From assembly GCA_035402765.1 (NCBI GenBank), contig DAONDX010000002.1, positions 65,173-129,172 on the forward strand: a stretch of DNA of 64,000 nt, written 5' to 3'. Position 1 is the first letter of the stretch, and the number at the start of each line of letters is the position of its first letter. The position numbers and the translations under genes were made by a program. The notes beneath the pieces were generated by a model. The model saw only the letters and a program-made list of their open reading frames with translations. It did not search any database and had not been told where the DNA came from. The stretch is from Candidatus Omnitrophota bacterium. Lineage in GTDB: Bacteria > Omnitrophota > Gorgyraeia > Gygaellales > Profunditerraquicolaceae. Below, piece after piece: positions 20,088-28,090 of this stretch.

Positions 20088-21002
20088 TTAAACTCCCAGA
20101 TAAATATGCTTGGTAATTAATTCTGCCGGAGTAACATCAAAAGCCGGATAATACGCTTTAACTTCTTTGGGCGCCAGACGTAAACCCTGGTAAATCTTTA
20201 ATTCATCATCCGGCCGGATCTCAATTCTAATTTCTTGGCCGGTTTTTAATTTTGAGGCCGGCGGGCAAATCACATAAAAAGGAATCTTAAAATATTTGGC
20301 TACCACCGCGATCTGATAAGTGCCGATTTTATTGGCAATGTCACCGTTTTGGGTTAAGTGATCGGCGCCGACGATGATTTTAGTGACTTTACCTAATGAT
20401 AATAAATAAGCCACCATATTATCCGTAATAATCGTCACTTCAAACCCGGCGCGCATGATCTCCCAGGCAGTCAGGCGCGAACCCTGCAAATACGGACGCG
20501 TTTCCGTAGTATAGAAACTGATCTTTTTACCCTGCTCTTTGGCCAGTTGAGCGATTAACGGCATTAACCCGCTGATGTTACAATGTGTGAGAATTACGTC
20601 GCCGTCTTTAAGCAAATCCGCGGTTGCCTGTGCCTGTTGGATTCTTTTACCTTTAAGCATCTCCAAGAAACCCAGGATACTTTTTTCTAAAGGTGCGCCG
20701 CTTTTTTCCATTCCCAAAACCATATCGGTTAAGAACTTAAAAGACAGCGTTGGCCGGGTAGCATTGATCGCCTCAGCCACCTTGGCTAAATCTTTATTCT
20801 GGCGATGGCTTAAGATAAAGGTATACATGACTAAAAGCACCTGGCCCACGGCGCGGGTCTTCATCTCCTTAATCGCCCGGCAAGCCTGGAGATAATTCTT
20901 AGCCTTAATATAGGTAAGCTTCTGGGGGAGTTTAGTCTCATCCAGAATATAAATGGTATTGCCTTTTAATTGTATCGGCCAAAATAATGGAGAAAAGTTC
21001 AT
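20088..21002 (-). CDS. mtnA: eIF-2B alpha/beta/delta family protein, probable 5-methylthioribose-1-phosphate / 5-deoxyribose-1-phosphate isomerase (MtnA-like)
   Basis: 304 aa. eIF2B/MtnA fold signature (ILTHCN...GADHLTQNGD, TAWEIMRAGFEVTIITDN). Directly abuts the aldolase gene; stop and start are adjacent. Confidence 0.7.
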   Translation of the reverse strand: MNFSPLFWPIQLKGNTIYILDETKLPQKLTYIKAKNYLQACRAIKEMKTRAVGQVLLVMYTFILSHRQNKDLAKVAEAINATRPTLSFKFLTDMVLGMEKSGAPLEKSILGFLEMLKGKRIQQAQATADLLKDGDVILTHCNISGLMPLIAQLAKEQGKKISFYTTETRPYLQGSRLTAWEIMRAGFEVTIITDNMVAYLLSLGKVTKIIVGADHLTQNGDIANKIGTYQIAVVAKYFKIPFYVICPPASKLKTGQEIRIEIRPDDELKIYQGLRLAPKEVKAYYPAFDVTPAELITKHIYLGV

Positions 21003-21013
21003 GGTTTTGTTAT

Positions 21014-21082
21014 TTGCGGGCGGCTTGGGTGTTTTCGCAGCGCGTCAGCGCTAGAAAATACCCAGGACAGGACCCGCAAAAT
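21014..21082. repeat. Structured intergenic repeat, copy 1 (imperfect long inverted repeat around GCAGCGCGTCAGCGCTAG core)
   Basis: GCGGGCGGCTTGGGTGTTTTC-gcagcgcgtcagcgctag-GAAAATACCCAGGACAGGACCCGC. Near-identical copies at 22113-22182 and 28013-28090. Confidence 0.8.
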
Positions 21083-21086
21083 TGAT

Positions 21087-21881
21087 CTATTTACCCTCTA
21101 GCTTCTTTACCAACGCCAGCGCAATTTTAATTAAATTGCCTTCGGCCATATAATAAAGCGGATTCATAAAACCCATTTCACCGGTAACCACATTATCACT
21201 AACGGCCAGTATTGAACAAGCCTTGATATTATAGGTCTGACAAATCGTCAAAAGCGTTGAAGAAACCATGTCCACGGCTCTGGCGCCTTCCTTGCGCTTA
21301 GCTTCCACAATTTCGCGGGTCTCCCGCAGTAAAGCATCCGTAGTCCAGGCTTTGCCCCGGTGCACCCTTAAACCCATGCCGGTGGCAATCTCAAATAAAA
21401 GATCAGAGAGATTTTTATTACTCGCCGTCTTAAAATCTTTATCCACATAATACGGAGTAACTCCGTCGCCGCGGATAATTTCATCCACGATAAATAAATC
21501 CCCGATTTTAATATCCTCATCCAATGATCCGCAGGTACCCACGCGGACAATGTTCTGAATTCCGGCATTACACATTACTTCGGTAGTAATTGATGTATCC
21601 GTAGAGAATCTTCCGCCGTTAATCCCGGTGACCTTAATCCCTTCATAAGTTCCGGTGTACATAGTATATTCCATAAAGGAAAAATTCTTCATGGGATTTT
21701 CCAGTTTTTTCATTAAAACATCCAGGCGGTCGCGCGGCCCCGGTACAATCGCATACTTGCCTACATCCTGCGGCCTAAGCTGGACCATTGCCGTTAAATC
21801 TTTCCCTGTCAAATGAACTGCTTTTTGCATTTCCATATTAACTATTCCTCTCCTTAAATGAGCGGACAACTTACGGAGCAA
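21087..21881 (-). CDS. Purine/5'-methylthioadenosine/5'-deoxyadenosine nucleoside phosphorylase (PNP/UDP family 1)
   Basis: 264 aa. DeoD-like blocks (YTGTYEGIKVTGINGG; VRVGTCGSL; phosphate-binding region). True start may be an internal Met (MEMQK/MQKAV). Confidence 0.75.
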   Translation of the reverse strand: MLRKLSAHLRRGIVNMEMQKAVHLTGKDLTAMVQLRPQDVGKYAIVPGPRDRLDVLMKKLENPMKNFSFMEYTMYTGTYEGIKVTGINGGRFSTDTSITTEVMCNAGIQNIVRVGTCGSLDEDIKIGDLFIVDEIIRGDGVTPYYVDKDFKTASNKNLSDLLFEIATGMGLRVHRGKAWTTDALLRETREIVEAKRKEGARAVDMVSSTLLTICQTYNIKACSILAVSDNVVTGEMGFMNPLYYMAEGNLIKIALALVKKLEGK

Positions 21882-22112
21882 CGCAGTTGCGACGTAAGTT
21901 GTAGCCCGCCAGGTTTTATTGGCGGACGTCCGCGAATTTATCCCGCCGAAATACCAAAACTCTAGAGAGTTTTGGTATTGCTTCTGAGGCGGGACCTTCC
22001 CTATTTGTTATTTAGCGGGCTCTACCACTGTCCCCGCCGTTCCACCGATAATCAAATTTAAAAATTTTACCATAACTTAAAATAAAAACGTCCCTTAGTA
22101 ATTATTAAGATT
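21882..22112 (-). promoter_or_regulatory. Long structured leader / intergenic region upstream of the nucleoside phosphorylase gene
   Basis: 230 bp with no credible ORF. Contains perfect palindrome CCAAAACTCTAGAGAGTTTTGG. Hairpin CAACTTACGgagcaacgcagttgcgaCGTAAGTTG. GC-rich paired segments (CCCGCCAGG...CGGACGTCCGCG). Confidence 0.3.
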
Positions 22113-22182
22113 TTTGCGGGTGGCTTGGGTGTTTTCGCAGCGCGTCAGCGCTAGAAAATACCCAAGACAGGCCCCGCAAAAA
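22113..22182. repeat. Structured intergenic repeat, copy 2
   Basis: GATTTTTGCGGGTGGCTTGGGTGTTTTC-gcagcgcgtcagcgctag-GAAAATACCCAAGACAGGCCCCGCAAAAATC. Outer 12-bp arms are perfect reverse complements. Confidence 0.8.
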
Positions 22183-22184
22183 TC

Positions 22185-23096
22185 TTAAAGAGCAAACAGC
22201 TTTGCTAAATTCCCCCCCAGAATATTCTCCTTCTCCTCCTGGGTCAAATCCAAATCCTTAACCGCCTTAATACCTGCGGCAATATCCTGCTTAGCCGGCC
22301 AATCGCTGCCCCACAGAATACGCCGGGGCCCCATTAAATCTAAACTTAATAAAAAGTTAGCGCGGGTGGTGTCTCCGCTGGTATCCACATAAATATTTTT
22401 AAAATAATCCGACGGCAAACCTTGCAGATCTTTGACAAAATTCATCTTGCGCAGCATCTGATAGGTCGCATCAAAGCGCTGTTTTAGATAACAGATCGCC
22501 CCGCCGAAATAGGCAAAGATAAATCTGGTCCTGGGGAACTGCCTCAACACATCCGACATTAAAAGCTTGCCGGCTGAAATCGTAGTATCAAAAATATATT
22601 CAACTACCGGGGTAAGCAGCGGGTCCTTAACCCGTTCATAACCAATCGGGTTAACAATCTGGGAGTGCACAAAAATCGGCAGGCCTTTTTCTTCCGCCAG
22701 TTTATACACCGGTAAAAACATCTTATCATCTAAATATATCCCGTTATAGCTGGAAGCCAGAGAGACCGCTTTAAAACCTAATTCTTCGGTTACGCGTTTT
22801 ATTTCATCTACCACATCAATAGAATTATCAAAAGGAAGGATCGCAGCTCCGATAAATCTTTCCGGATAAGCCTTTAAAATCTTTCCCACATTATCATTAA
22901 ACAGATGGGCCACCTGGCTGATACTGCCTAATTTTAAATGCGCATCAGAAGTCGGATAGCTTAATACCGCCCGGTCAATACCGGCCTCATCCATCATCTT
23001 AAGCTGGGCCTCAATATCCCCCCAACCCTTATGGAAAAAGTGGGCATTAGAAATTATTTCATCCGGAAGCCAGTGGGAATGTGCGTCAATTAACAT
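22185..23096 (-). CDS. Amidohydrolase-2 family metal-dependent hydrolase/decarboxylase (ACMSD-like)
   Basis: 303 aa. N-terminal MLIDAHSHW metal-binding His pair. Later HS..V and D..W motifs typical of PF04909. Confidence 0.7.
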   Translation of the reverse strand: MLIDAHSHWLPDEIISNAHFFHKGWGDIEAQLKMMDEAGIDRAVLSYPTSDAHLKLGSISQVAHLFNDNVGKILKAYPERFIGAAILPFDNSIDVVDEIKRVTEELGFKAVSLASSYNGIYLDDKMFLPVYKLAEEKGLPIFVHSQIVNPIGYERVKDPLLTPVVEYIFDTTISAGKLLMSDVLRQFPRTRFIFAYFGGAICYLKQRFDATYQMLRKMNFVKDLQGLPSDYFKNIYVDTSGDTTRANFLLSLDLMGPRRILWGSDWPAKQDIAAGIKAVKDLDLTQEEKENILGGNLAKLFAL

Positions 23097-23527
23097 TAAT
23101 GCTCCGTGCTCTTTAGTATACGCTGGGTCATCTCTTGTTCATACATCGCCTTGATCCTAAAAAATTCTTTACGGCCAAGCTCTTTGACGATGGATTTCTC
23201 AATTGCCCGCAGCTTAACATCCAGAAAAATAAACTCGGTATTTTTCCTTAAACCTTGGCACTTTAGATCCGAACAAGCCTTTTCTTTAACGGCAATATAA
23301 GCCTGAAAATCACCTACCATCTTCTCAAGCTGGGCTTTTTCATGCGGCAGATACGCGCCCATCAGCTCATTTTTAATTTCCCTTAAGATATCTTGATCAA
23401 TGTCAACTTGGGTAAACTTGCGTTCAAACTTATCAAACGCCTCTTTGGTGGTTTTGTACAGCCAGATAAGATAACGTTTCTTTAGGTTCTTAATATCCTG
23501 ATTATCCATATTTACCTCCTTGCCCAC
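23096..23527 (-). CDS. Hypothetical cytoplasmic protein
   Basis: 143 aa ORF, charged/helical. No recognisable motif. Start overlaps the stop of the upstream gene. Confidence 0.35.
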   Translation of the reverse strand: MGKEVNMDNQDIKNLKKRYLIWLYKTTKEAFDKFERKFTQVDIDQDILREIKNELMGAYLPHEKAQLEKMVGDFQAYIAVKEKACSDLKCQGLRKNTEFIFLDVKLRAIEKSIVKELGRKEFFRIKAMYEQEMTQRILKSTEH

Positions 23528-23602
23528 GGGGGCAACACCGACGCAATACCGCTTAGCGTCGGGTGATTCCGATTAGCGCCAGGCGTTAAACTACAATTGT
23601 AT

Positions 23603-24214
23603 TTATTTCTTTACCAATTCCACCGTATCAAAATAAAGGGTACCTTTGGTTCCGGGAAGCGGCTCAAATTGAAACATCCTGATCGGAAAATCCATTACTC
23701 CGTTTTGATCGGCATCCTGCGGCTGCCAATCATCACGCACGATGAATTTATCAAAACTAACCACTACTTTTTTCCAGCCGGCAAAATCGTCATCGGCGAT
23801 AAACCGCCAAATCTCACCCCCGGTATCTTTGATATCAAAAGCGATCTTAGCTTTTGAATTTGTCCCGTAGACATAAAAAGATACCGCGCTGTATTCTTCC
23901 CATTTGATATCGGAAGGCTTGACCGCCCAGTTAGCATTCTTGGCATCTAACCCGGCGCCGCGGGCAATATACATATAACCACCGCTGACCGCATCATAAT
24001 CAACCTTCAAAGCCTGTTTACCGCTATTTTTAATATCGCTGGCTCCGATCACCTGGATACTTGAACCATTGCCGGCGCCAAAATCCACGGTGCCGTCAGC
24101 GCCGCCGGAAACCACAATTTCAAAATCATCAAGCAAGACATTGCTCTCGGCTGCCCAACCGGCGCCCGAGATTAATAAAACTAAAGCTGCAGTTAAAAAT
24201 CCTGTTTTTTTCAT
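23603..24214 (-). CDS. Secreted protein of unknown function
   Basis: 203 aa. Clear signal peptide (MKKTGFLTAALVLLISGAGWA). Beta-rich composition. Confidence 0.45.
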   Translation of the reverse strand: MKKTGFLTAALVLLISGAGWAAESNVLLDDFEIVVSGGADGTVDFGAGNGSSIQVIGASDIKNSGKQALKVDYDAVSGGYMYIARGAGLDAKNANWAVKPSDIKWEEYSAVSFYVYGTNSKAKIAFDIKDTGGEIWRFIADDDFAGWKKVVVSFDKFIVRDDWQPQDADQNGVMDFPIRMFQFEPLPGTKGTLYFDTVELVKK

Positions 24215-24264
24215 TCCAATTTTCCCTTTCTAATATTTAACTTCTTTCCAGTTGCAATTTAGGC

Positions 24265-25071
24265 TTATTTTCCCGGATGCTGCTGTTTATAAGGTATCAC
24301 CGGAGCAACCCAGGGCGTTTGCTGGTTAATTACCGCGATCTCTAAAGGGCAGACATTAGCCGGGACGGTTAAAGCAAAACGCACCGCGTCTTCAATGGCC
24401 TGCGTGCTCATCAAACGCGAGGTATCCGTACTGATATTCTGAAGTTTACCGGTTAAGTCCGTATCGGTAACCCCGGGTAATATCGAAGTAACTTTAATCC
24501 CGTGGTCGCGCAATTCCCAAAACAAACCCTTGGAAAATGCCCTTAAGCCTACCTTAAGCGAGCTGTAAACGATAAAGGTCCTGGGCAGCGGGTCACATAA
24601 GGTCGAACCGGAGACCATATTAATGATCGCTCCGCTTTTATTCTTGATCATATCATTAATCACCAGGCGGATCATCCGCACATAGCCCAAATAATTAGTA
24701 TGCGCTAATTTCTCGAAATCCTCGATCGGCTGATCCTGAAAAGGATATTGGCTGGATACCCCGGCATTATTGATCAGGATATCGATCTGGCCAAACTTCT
24801 CTTTGGCGCTTTTGACTAAATTTTCCAGATCTTCTAATTTTGTCACATCGCAAGCTACCGGCAAAACCTGGACTTTAAATTTTTTGGCGATCTCATCGGC
24901 AGTCTCTTTTAAAGGGCCCAGATTACGCGCCCCGATCACTAAATTAACCCCAAGACTGGCGGCGGTACAGGCCAAGGCTTTGCCAATTCCACGGCTGGCA
25001 CCGGTAACAATTGCTGTTTTTCCTTTTAATTCTAAACTCATACCTCTCCTCCTTATGTACGTACATAACAC
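24265..25071 (-). CDS. Short-chain dehydrogenase/reductase (candidate polyketide ketoreductase)
   Basis: 268 aa. TGASRGIG Rossmann motif, NNAG, catalytic YxxxK (YSSLK). First gene-distal member of the PKS operon. Confidence 0.85.
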   Translation of the reverse strand: MLCTYIRRRGMSLELKGKTAIVTGASRGIGKALACTAASLGVNLVIGARNLGPLKETADEIAKKFKVQVLPVACDVTKLEDLENLVKSAKEKFGQIDILINNAGVSSQYPFQDQPIEDFEKLAHTNYLGYVRMIRLVINDMIKNKSGAIINMVSGSTLCDPLPRTFIVYSSLKVGLRAFSKGLFWELRDHGIKVTSILPGVTDTDLTGKLQNISTDTSRLMSTQAIEDAVRFALTVPANVCPLEIAVINQQTPWVAPVIPYKQQHPGK

Positions 25072-25108
25072 CGGCGCAGATCAAATAGGCGCCGGGTGAC
25101 TCTACCAA

Positions 25109-26242
25109 TTAGCCCCGGGTGTATATTTTATTTCCGACTACCCGGCTAAACATTAATAAAATCAGCAGCCCCGAACCAAACACTAAAAATCCTAAACCAA
25201 AACTTTTCTGCATGATCAAACCGCCCAAGCTCACTCCTATGCCGCCGGCAATAAAACGCACGGCGCTGTTTAGGCTTGCGGCTTCATTGAGAAGCTCCGC
25301 CGGCAGATCCGTAAGCATAGTGGATAAACCCACATGATTAAAAGTCCAGCCCATGCCCCAAACAATCATCACGACAGCCAATAACCCCACCGGCAACTTG
25401 ATCAAGAGCAGAAAAACACAGACGATCATCGAAAGAATGCCTAAATTTACCACTTTTAACCGGCCCAGGGAATCTGCCAGATGGCCTCCCCAAACTTCCC
25501 CGAATATCCCGGCTAAGCTGGTCAGAGTGATCAGCATGCTGATTAAAAACTGGTTTAAATTTAATTGCGTCGAGAAATAAACTCCCAGCCATTGCTGCAC
25601 AGCATGATAAATCAAACTTATCAGGAAAATATAGCCGAAAATTTTAATGACTTTTTTATTTTTAAACGCCTCGAAATAACCCAGGCGGAAATTTCCGGCA
25701 TCCGCTTTAAAACTGGGCAAATAAAAATACATAAAAATCCAAAGTATAAATCCACAGAGCGCCGGAATGAGAAAAATCAACCTCCAGGAAATTATCCCGC
25801 TTAAAAACAGGCCCAATAAAGAAGCTATGAATGTCGAGCCAAAAAATAAACCAAGATAACGGCCGCGCTTAGCCGGCTTTAGGTGTTTGGCAATCACGAT
25901 CAAGCCCAGAGGAATAACCGAGGCTCCAAAAAATCCCATCATAAACCGGGCCGCAAAAAGCACAGAGATATTACCCGCTGCGGCTGCCAAAAGATTAGCC
26001 AGGGAAAACAAGAAGATGCAGAATAATTCAACCTTGCGGGCATCAAATAAGCGTACCAACGGACCATACAGCAGCGCCGCCAGCCCGTAAGGAAGCATAT
26101 ACAACCAGATAATTTTGCCGACCACAAATTGAGAAAGAGCAAAATCCGCGGCAATTGAAGGAACCAGCGCAGCAGAGGCTGCCACATTAAACGATAGAAC
26201 CGCTCCTTCTAAACAAAGGATAATAAAGGTAAGTGCGCTCAC
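25109..26242 (-). CDS. MFS transporter (candidate product exporter)
   Basis: 377 aa, ~12 predicted TM helices. MFS loop motif (LFDARKV). 4-bp overlap with the upstream aromatase/cyclase gene. Confidence 0.8.
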   Translation of the reverse strand: MSALTFIILCLEGAVLSFNVAASAALVPSIAADFALSQFVVGKIIWLYMLPYGLAALLYGPLVRLFDARKVELFCIFLFSLANLLAAAAGNISVLFAARFMMGFFGASVIPLGLIVIAKHLKPAKRGRYLGLFFGSTFIASLLGLFLSGIISWRLIFLIPALCGFILWIFMYFYLPSFKADAGNFRLGYFEAFKNKKVIKIFGYIFLISLIYHAVQQWLGVYFSTQLNLNQFLISMLITLTSLAGIFGEVWGGHLADSLGRLKVVNLGILSMIVCVFLLLIKLPVGLLAVVMIVWGMGWTFNHVGLSTMLTDLPAELLNEAASLNSAVRFIAGGIGVSLGGLIMQKSFGLGFLVFGSGLLILLMFSRVVGNKIYTRG

Positions 26243-26679
26243 TTAGCCGCTTCTTTTTCAATAATCGCTTTAAAGATCTTCAGGTTATGCTGCGAGCCTT
26301 CGTTAATAAAACCTTCGATCTGTTGGTCATTAAATTTGGCTTTGGCATCCATATGAAAATGCTGAATCCAAGTTAATTCAATGCCCCCGGTAACCGGCGT
26401 GTAGAGCCAAATAATCTTCATATACTCAAAAGGAAACAGCGGATCTTCACGCTGCGAATAAGTAAAAAACTTATCTTTAAACAAAAGCCTCCAGGATTGC
26501 CAGGTTTTATCATCCTCATCGGTTAGACGAAAAGTAATTTTATTCGCCTCTTTCTTGACCAGCTCGGCTTTTTTATATTCCGTGCCGAATAATTCCGTCC
26601 AGCGCGGGATATCATTGGAAATATCAAAAACTAAATCGTAAGGCGCCTTAATCACTATCGAATTACAGGTATGTCCCAT
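26239..26679 (-). CDS. Type II PKS aromatase/cyclase of the SRPBCC family (TcmN N-terminal / WhiE-ORFVI / ZhuI-like)
   Basis: Track ORF 26239-26886 trimmed to the internal start MGHTCNSIVIKAPYDLVFDISND (ATG 26679-26677), preceded by GGGGGGATTAA Shine-Dalgarno. Pattern NSIVI.AP.DLV.D..ND...W..LF.EY..AE......FRL..DED..W.SW......Y..W.Y....GG..L.W.Q.F.M is the ARO/CYC polyketide_cyc2 signature as I recall it. Confidence 0.7.
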   Translation of the reverse strand: MGHTCNSIVIKAPYDLVFDISNDIPRWTELFGTEYKKAELVKKEANKITFRLTDEDDKTWQSWRLLFKDKFFTYSQREDPLFPFEYMKIIWLYTPVTGGIELTWIQHFHMDAKAKFNDQQIEGFINEGSQHNLKIFKAIIEKEAAK

Positions 26680-26892
26680 TTTAATCCCCCCAGTATTTTG
26701 CTCTTTTAAAATTAGCTGTTTACGCGGGATGACTTGGCTTGATTCTGAGCGGGGCGTGGAGGCAAGGAGTGGGCATGGTTCCGTCACTTTTATGTCAGAG
26801 AGCGACGCCAGCCGACCCGAGCGAAGTTTTGCCACGCTGGGGTAAAACGAGCGCCCCCGCGAAGAACAAGACAAGACAGACCGCAATAATTA
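26680..26892 (-). promoter_or_regulatory. About 210-bp GC-rich structured intercistronic leader inside the PKS operon
   Basis: No conserved coding signal (the track's N-terminal extension MRSVLSCSSRGRS... is low-complexity). Several local hairpins (e.g. AGTTTTGCCacgctgGGGTAAAACg). GC content visibly above the flanking genes. Confidence 0.3.
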
Positions 26893-27693
26893 TTAATCTA
26901 AAAGAGCAACTACCCTTGCCCAAGCCGCTCCGGTATTTTTGATGCGGATAGGCATACAAAGCACCTTAAATCCAAAATCCGGCAAGCTTTCTAAATTTGC
27001 CAACCGCTCGATATGGATAAATTCTTTTTTTCTTCCGTAGAAATGCGCCGGATAAAATGTTTTAGGGTCTTTGGTCTTTAAGAATTCACTGAGCATAAAT
27101 CTGTAGGGCCGGTCAATCCCCATCGTATCTACGCCAAAGATCTTGACCCCCTGGCCTAATAAATATTCGATGGCGCAAGGGCTGACTCCGGGATAATCGG
27201 CAAAATATTTAGGGCCGCCGTATAACTTATCGGCTCCGGTCTGCAGTAATACGATATCTAAAGGTTTAAGCTGGTAATTGATCTTGGTTAAAGCTTCGCA
27301 AAGGTCCTGTTCCTTGATTACTTCATTTGGTTTTTTATGCCGCAGGTCTAATTTTACTCCGGGCTGATAACAATATTCCAGGGGTATCTCATCGGCGGTT
27401 TTAGAGGCGCGATTTTCAGATTGAGAACCGTAATGGAAGGAATAATCCAGGTGCGTACCGATGTGCACCGGAGCATGGACAATCTCCAAAGAGAGAAATT
27501 CTTCATCGGGCAGCTCTTCTTTTTTCACGATGCGGCCGCCCAATGCGTATTTAATCTTGCCCAAAAGAGTTTTGCCCATGATTACCCGGTTAAACTTTTC
27601 TACCCCGGCTTTATGGGTTACTCTTTCGATAGCCACTTTGTGTACCTCAAAAGCGGTCTCATCAATGGGTAAGCTTAAATCTACTATCTTCAC
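26893..27693 (-). CDS. Cyclase-family protein (PF04199, kynurenine-formamidase fold)
   Basis: 266 aa. Diagnostic HxGTHxDxxxH motif (VHIGTHLDYSFH). Confidence 0.7.
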   Translation of the reverse strand: MKIVDLSLPIDETAFEVHKVAIERVTHKAGVEKFNRVIMGKTLLGKIKYALGGRIVKKEELPDEEFLSLEIVHAPVHIGTHLDYSFHYGSQSENRASKTADEIPLEYCYQPGVKLDLRHKKPNEVIKEQDLCEALTKINYQLKPLDIVLLQTGADKLYGGPKYFADYPGVSPCAIEYLLGQGVKIFGVDTMGIDRPYRFMLSEFLKTKDPKTFYPAHFYGRKKEFIHIERLANLESLPDFGFKVLCMPIRIKNTGAAWARVVALLD

Positions 27694-27761
27694 CCCGCAC
27701 CTTCTCCTTTTTTTATGCTACCCCCTACCTTCTAATATTTAAATTATAGAAGGTGCGGGGT

Positions 27762-27998
27762 TCATTTTGCTAATTTGCTCTCAATATTAGCGGTGATATC
27801 ATTAATTGTGGAATTTTTGGTAATCTCTTTAGGGCTCAGCTTGACCCCGAAAGATTTCTCTAAAGCAATTACCGATTCCACCATCTCCGTAGAATCTACG
27901 CCGATACTGTCGATCAGAGTAGAACCATCTTTTAATTCCTCGATCTTTACTTTTAAGAGGTTGCTTAACACTTCTTTTACTTTTGTTTTTGTATCCAT
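27762..27998 (-). CDS. Acyl carrier protein
   Basis: 78 aa, acidic. Phosphopantetheine-attachment DS motif in GVDSTEMVESVIALE. Confidence 0.8.
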   Translation of the reverse strand: MDTKTKVKEVLSNLLKVKIEELKDGSTLIDSIGVDSTEMVESVIALEKSFGVKLSPKEITKNSTINDITANIESKLAK

Positions 27999-28012
27999 CT
28001 ATCCTCCAACAT

Positions 28013-28090
28013 TATTATTTACGGGTGGCTTGGGTGTTTTCGTAGCGCGTCAGCGCAAGAAAATACCCAAGACAGGACCCGTAAATTTTA
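28013..28090. repeat. Structured intergenic repeat, copy 3
   Basis: TTATTTACGGGTGGCTTGGGTGTTTTC-gtagcgcgtcagcgcaag-GAAAATACCCAAGACAGGACCCGTAAATT. Outer arm TTTACGGG/CCCGTAAA carries G>A and C>T changes that preserve pairing relative to copies 1 and 2. Confidence 0.8.

Noticed and set aside
26680-26886. N-terminal 69-aa extension of the aromatase/cyclase ORF as given in the track
   Set aside because: The residues are low-complexity and unconserved. The conserved domain starts at an internal Met with a strong RBS, so the stretch is treated as non-coding leader.
21014-28090. Possibility that the three-copy structured repeat marks an IS element/MITE or a CRISPR array
   Set aside because: There is no transposase, no terminal inverted repeats with target duplications, and the copies are kilobases apart with unrelated spacers. 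It is not CRISPR-like and is reported as a structured repeat instead.
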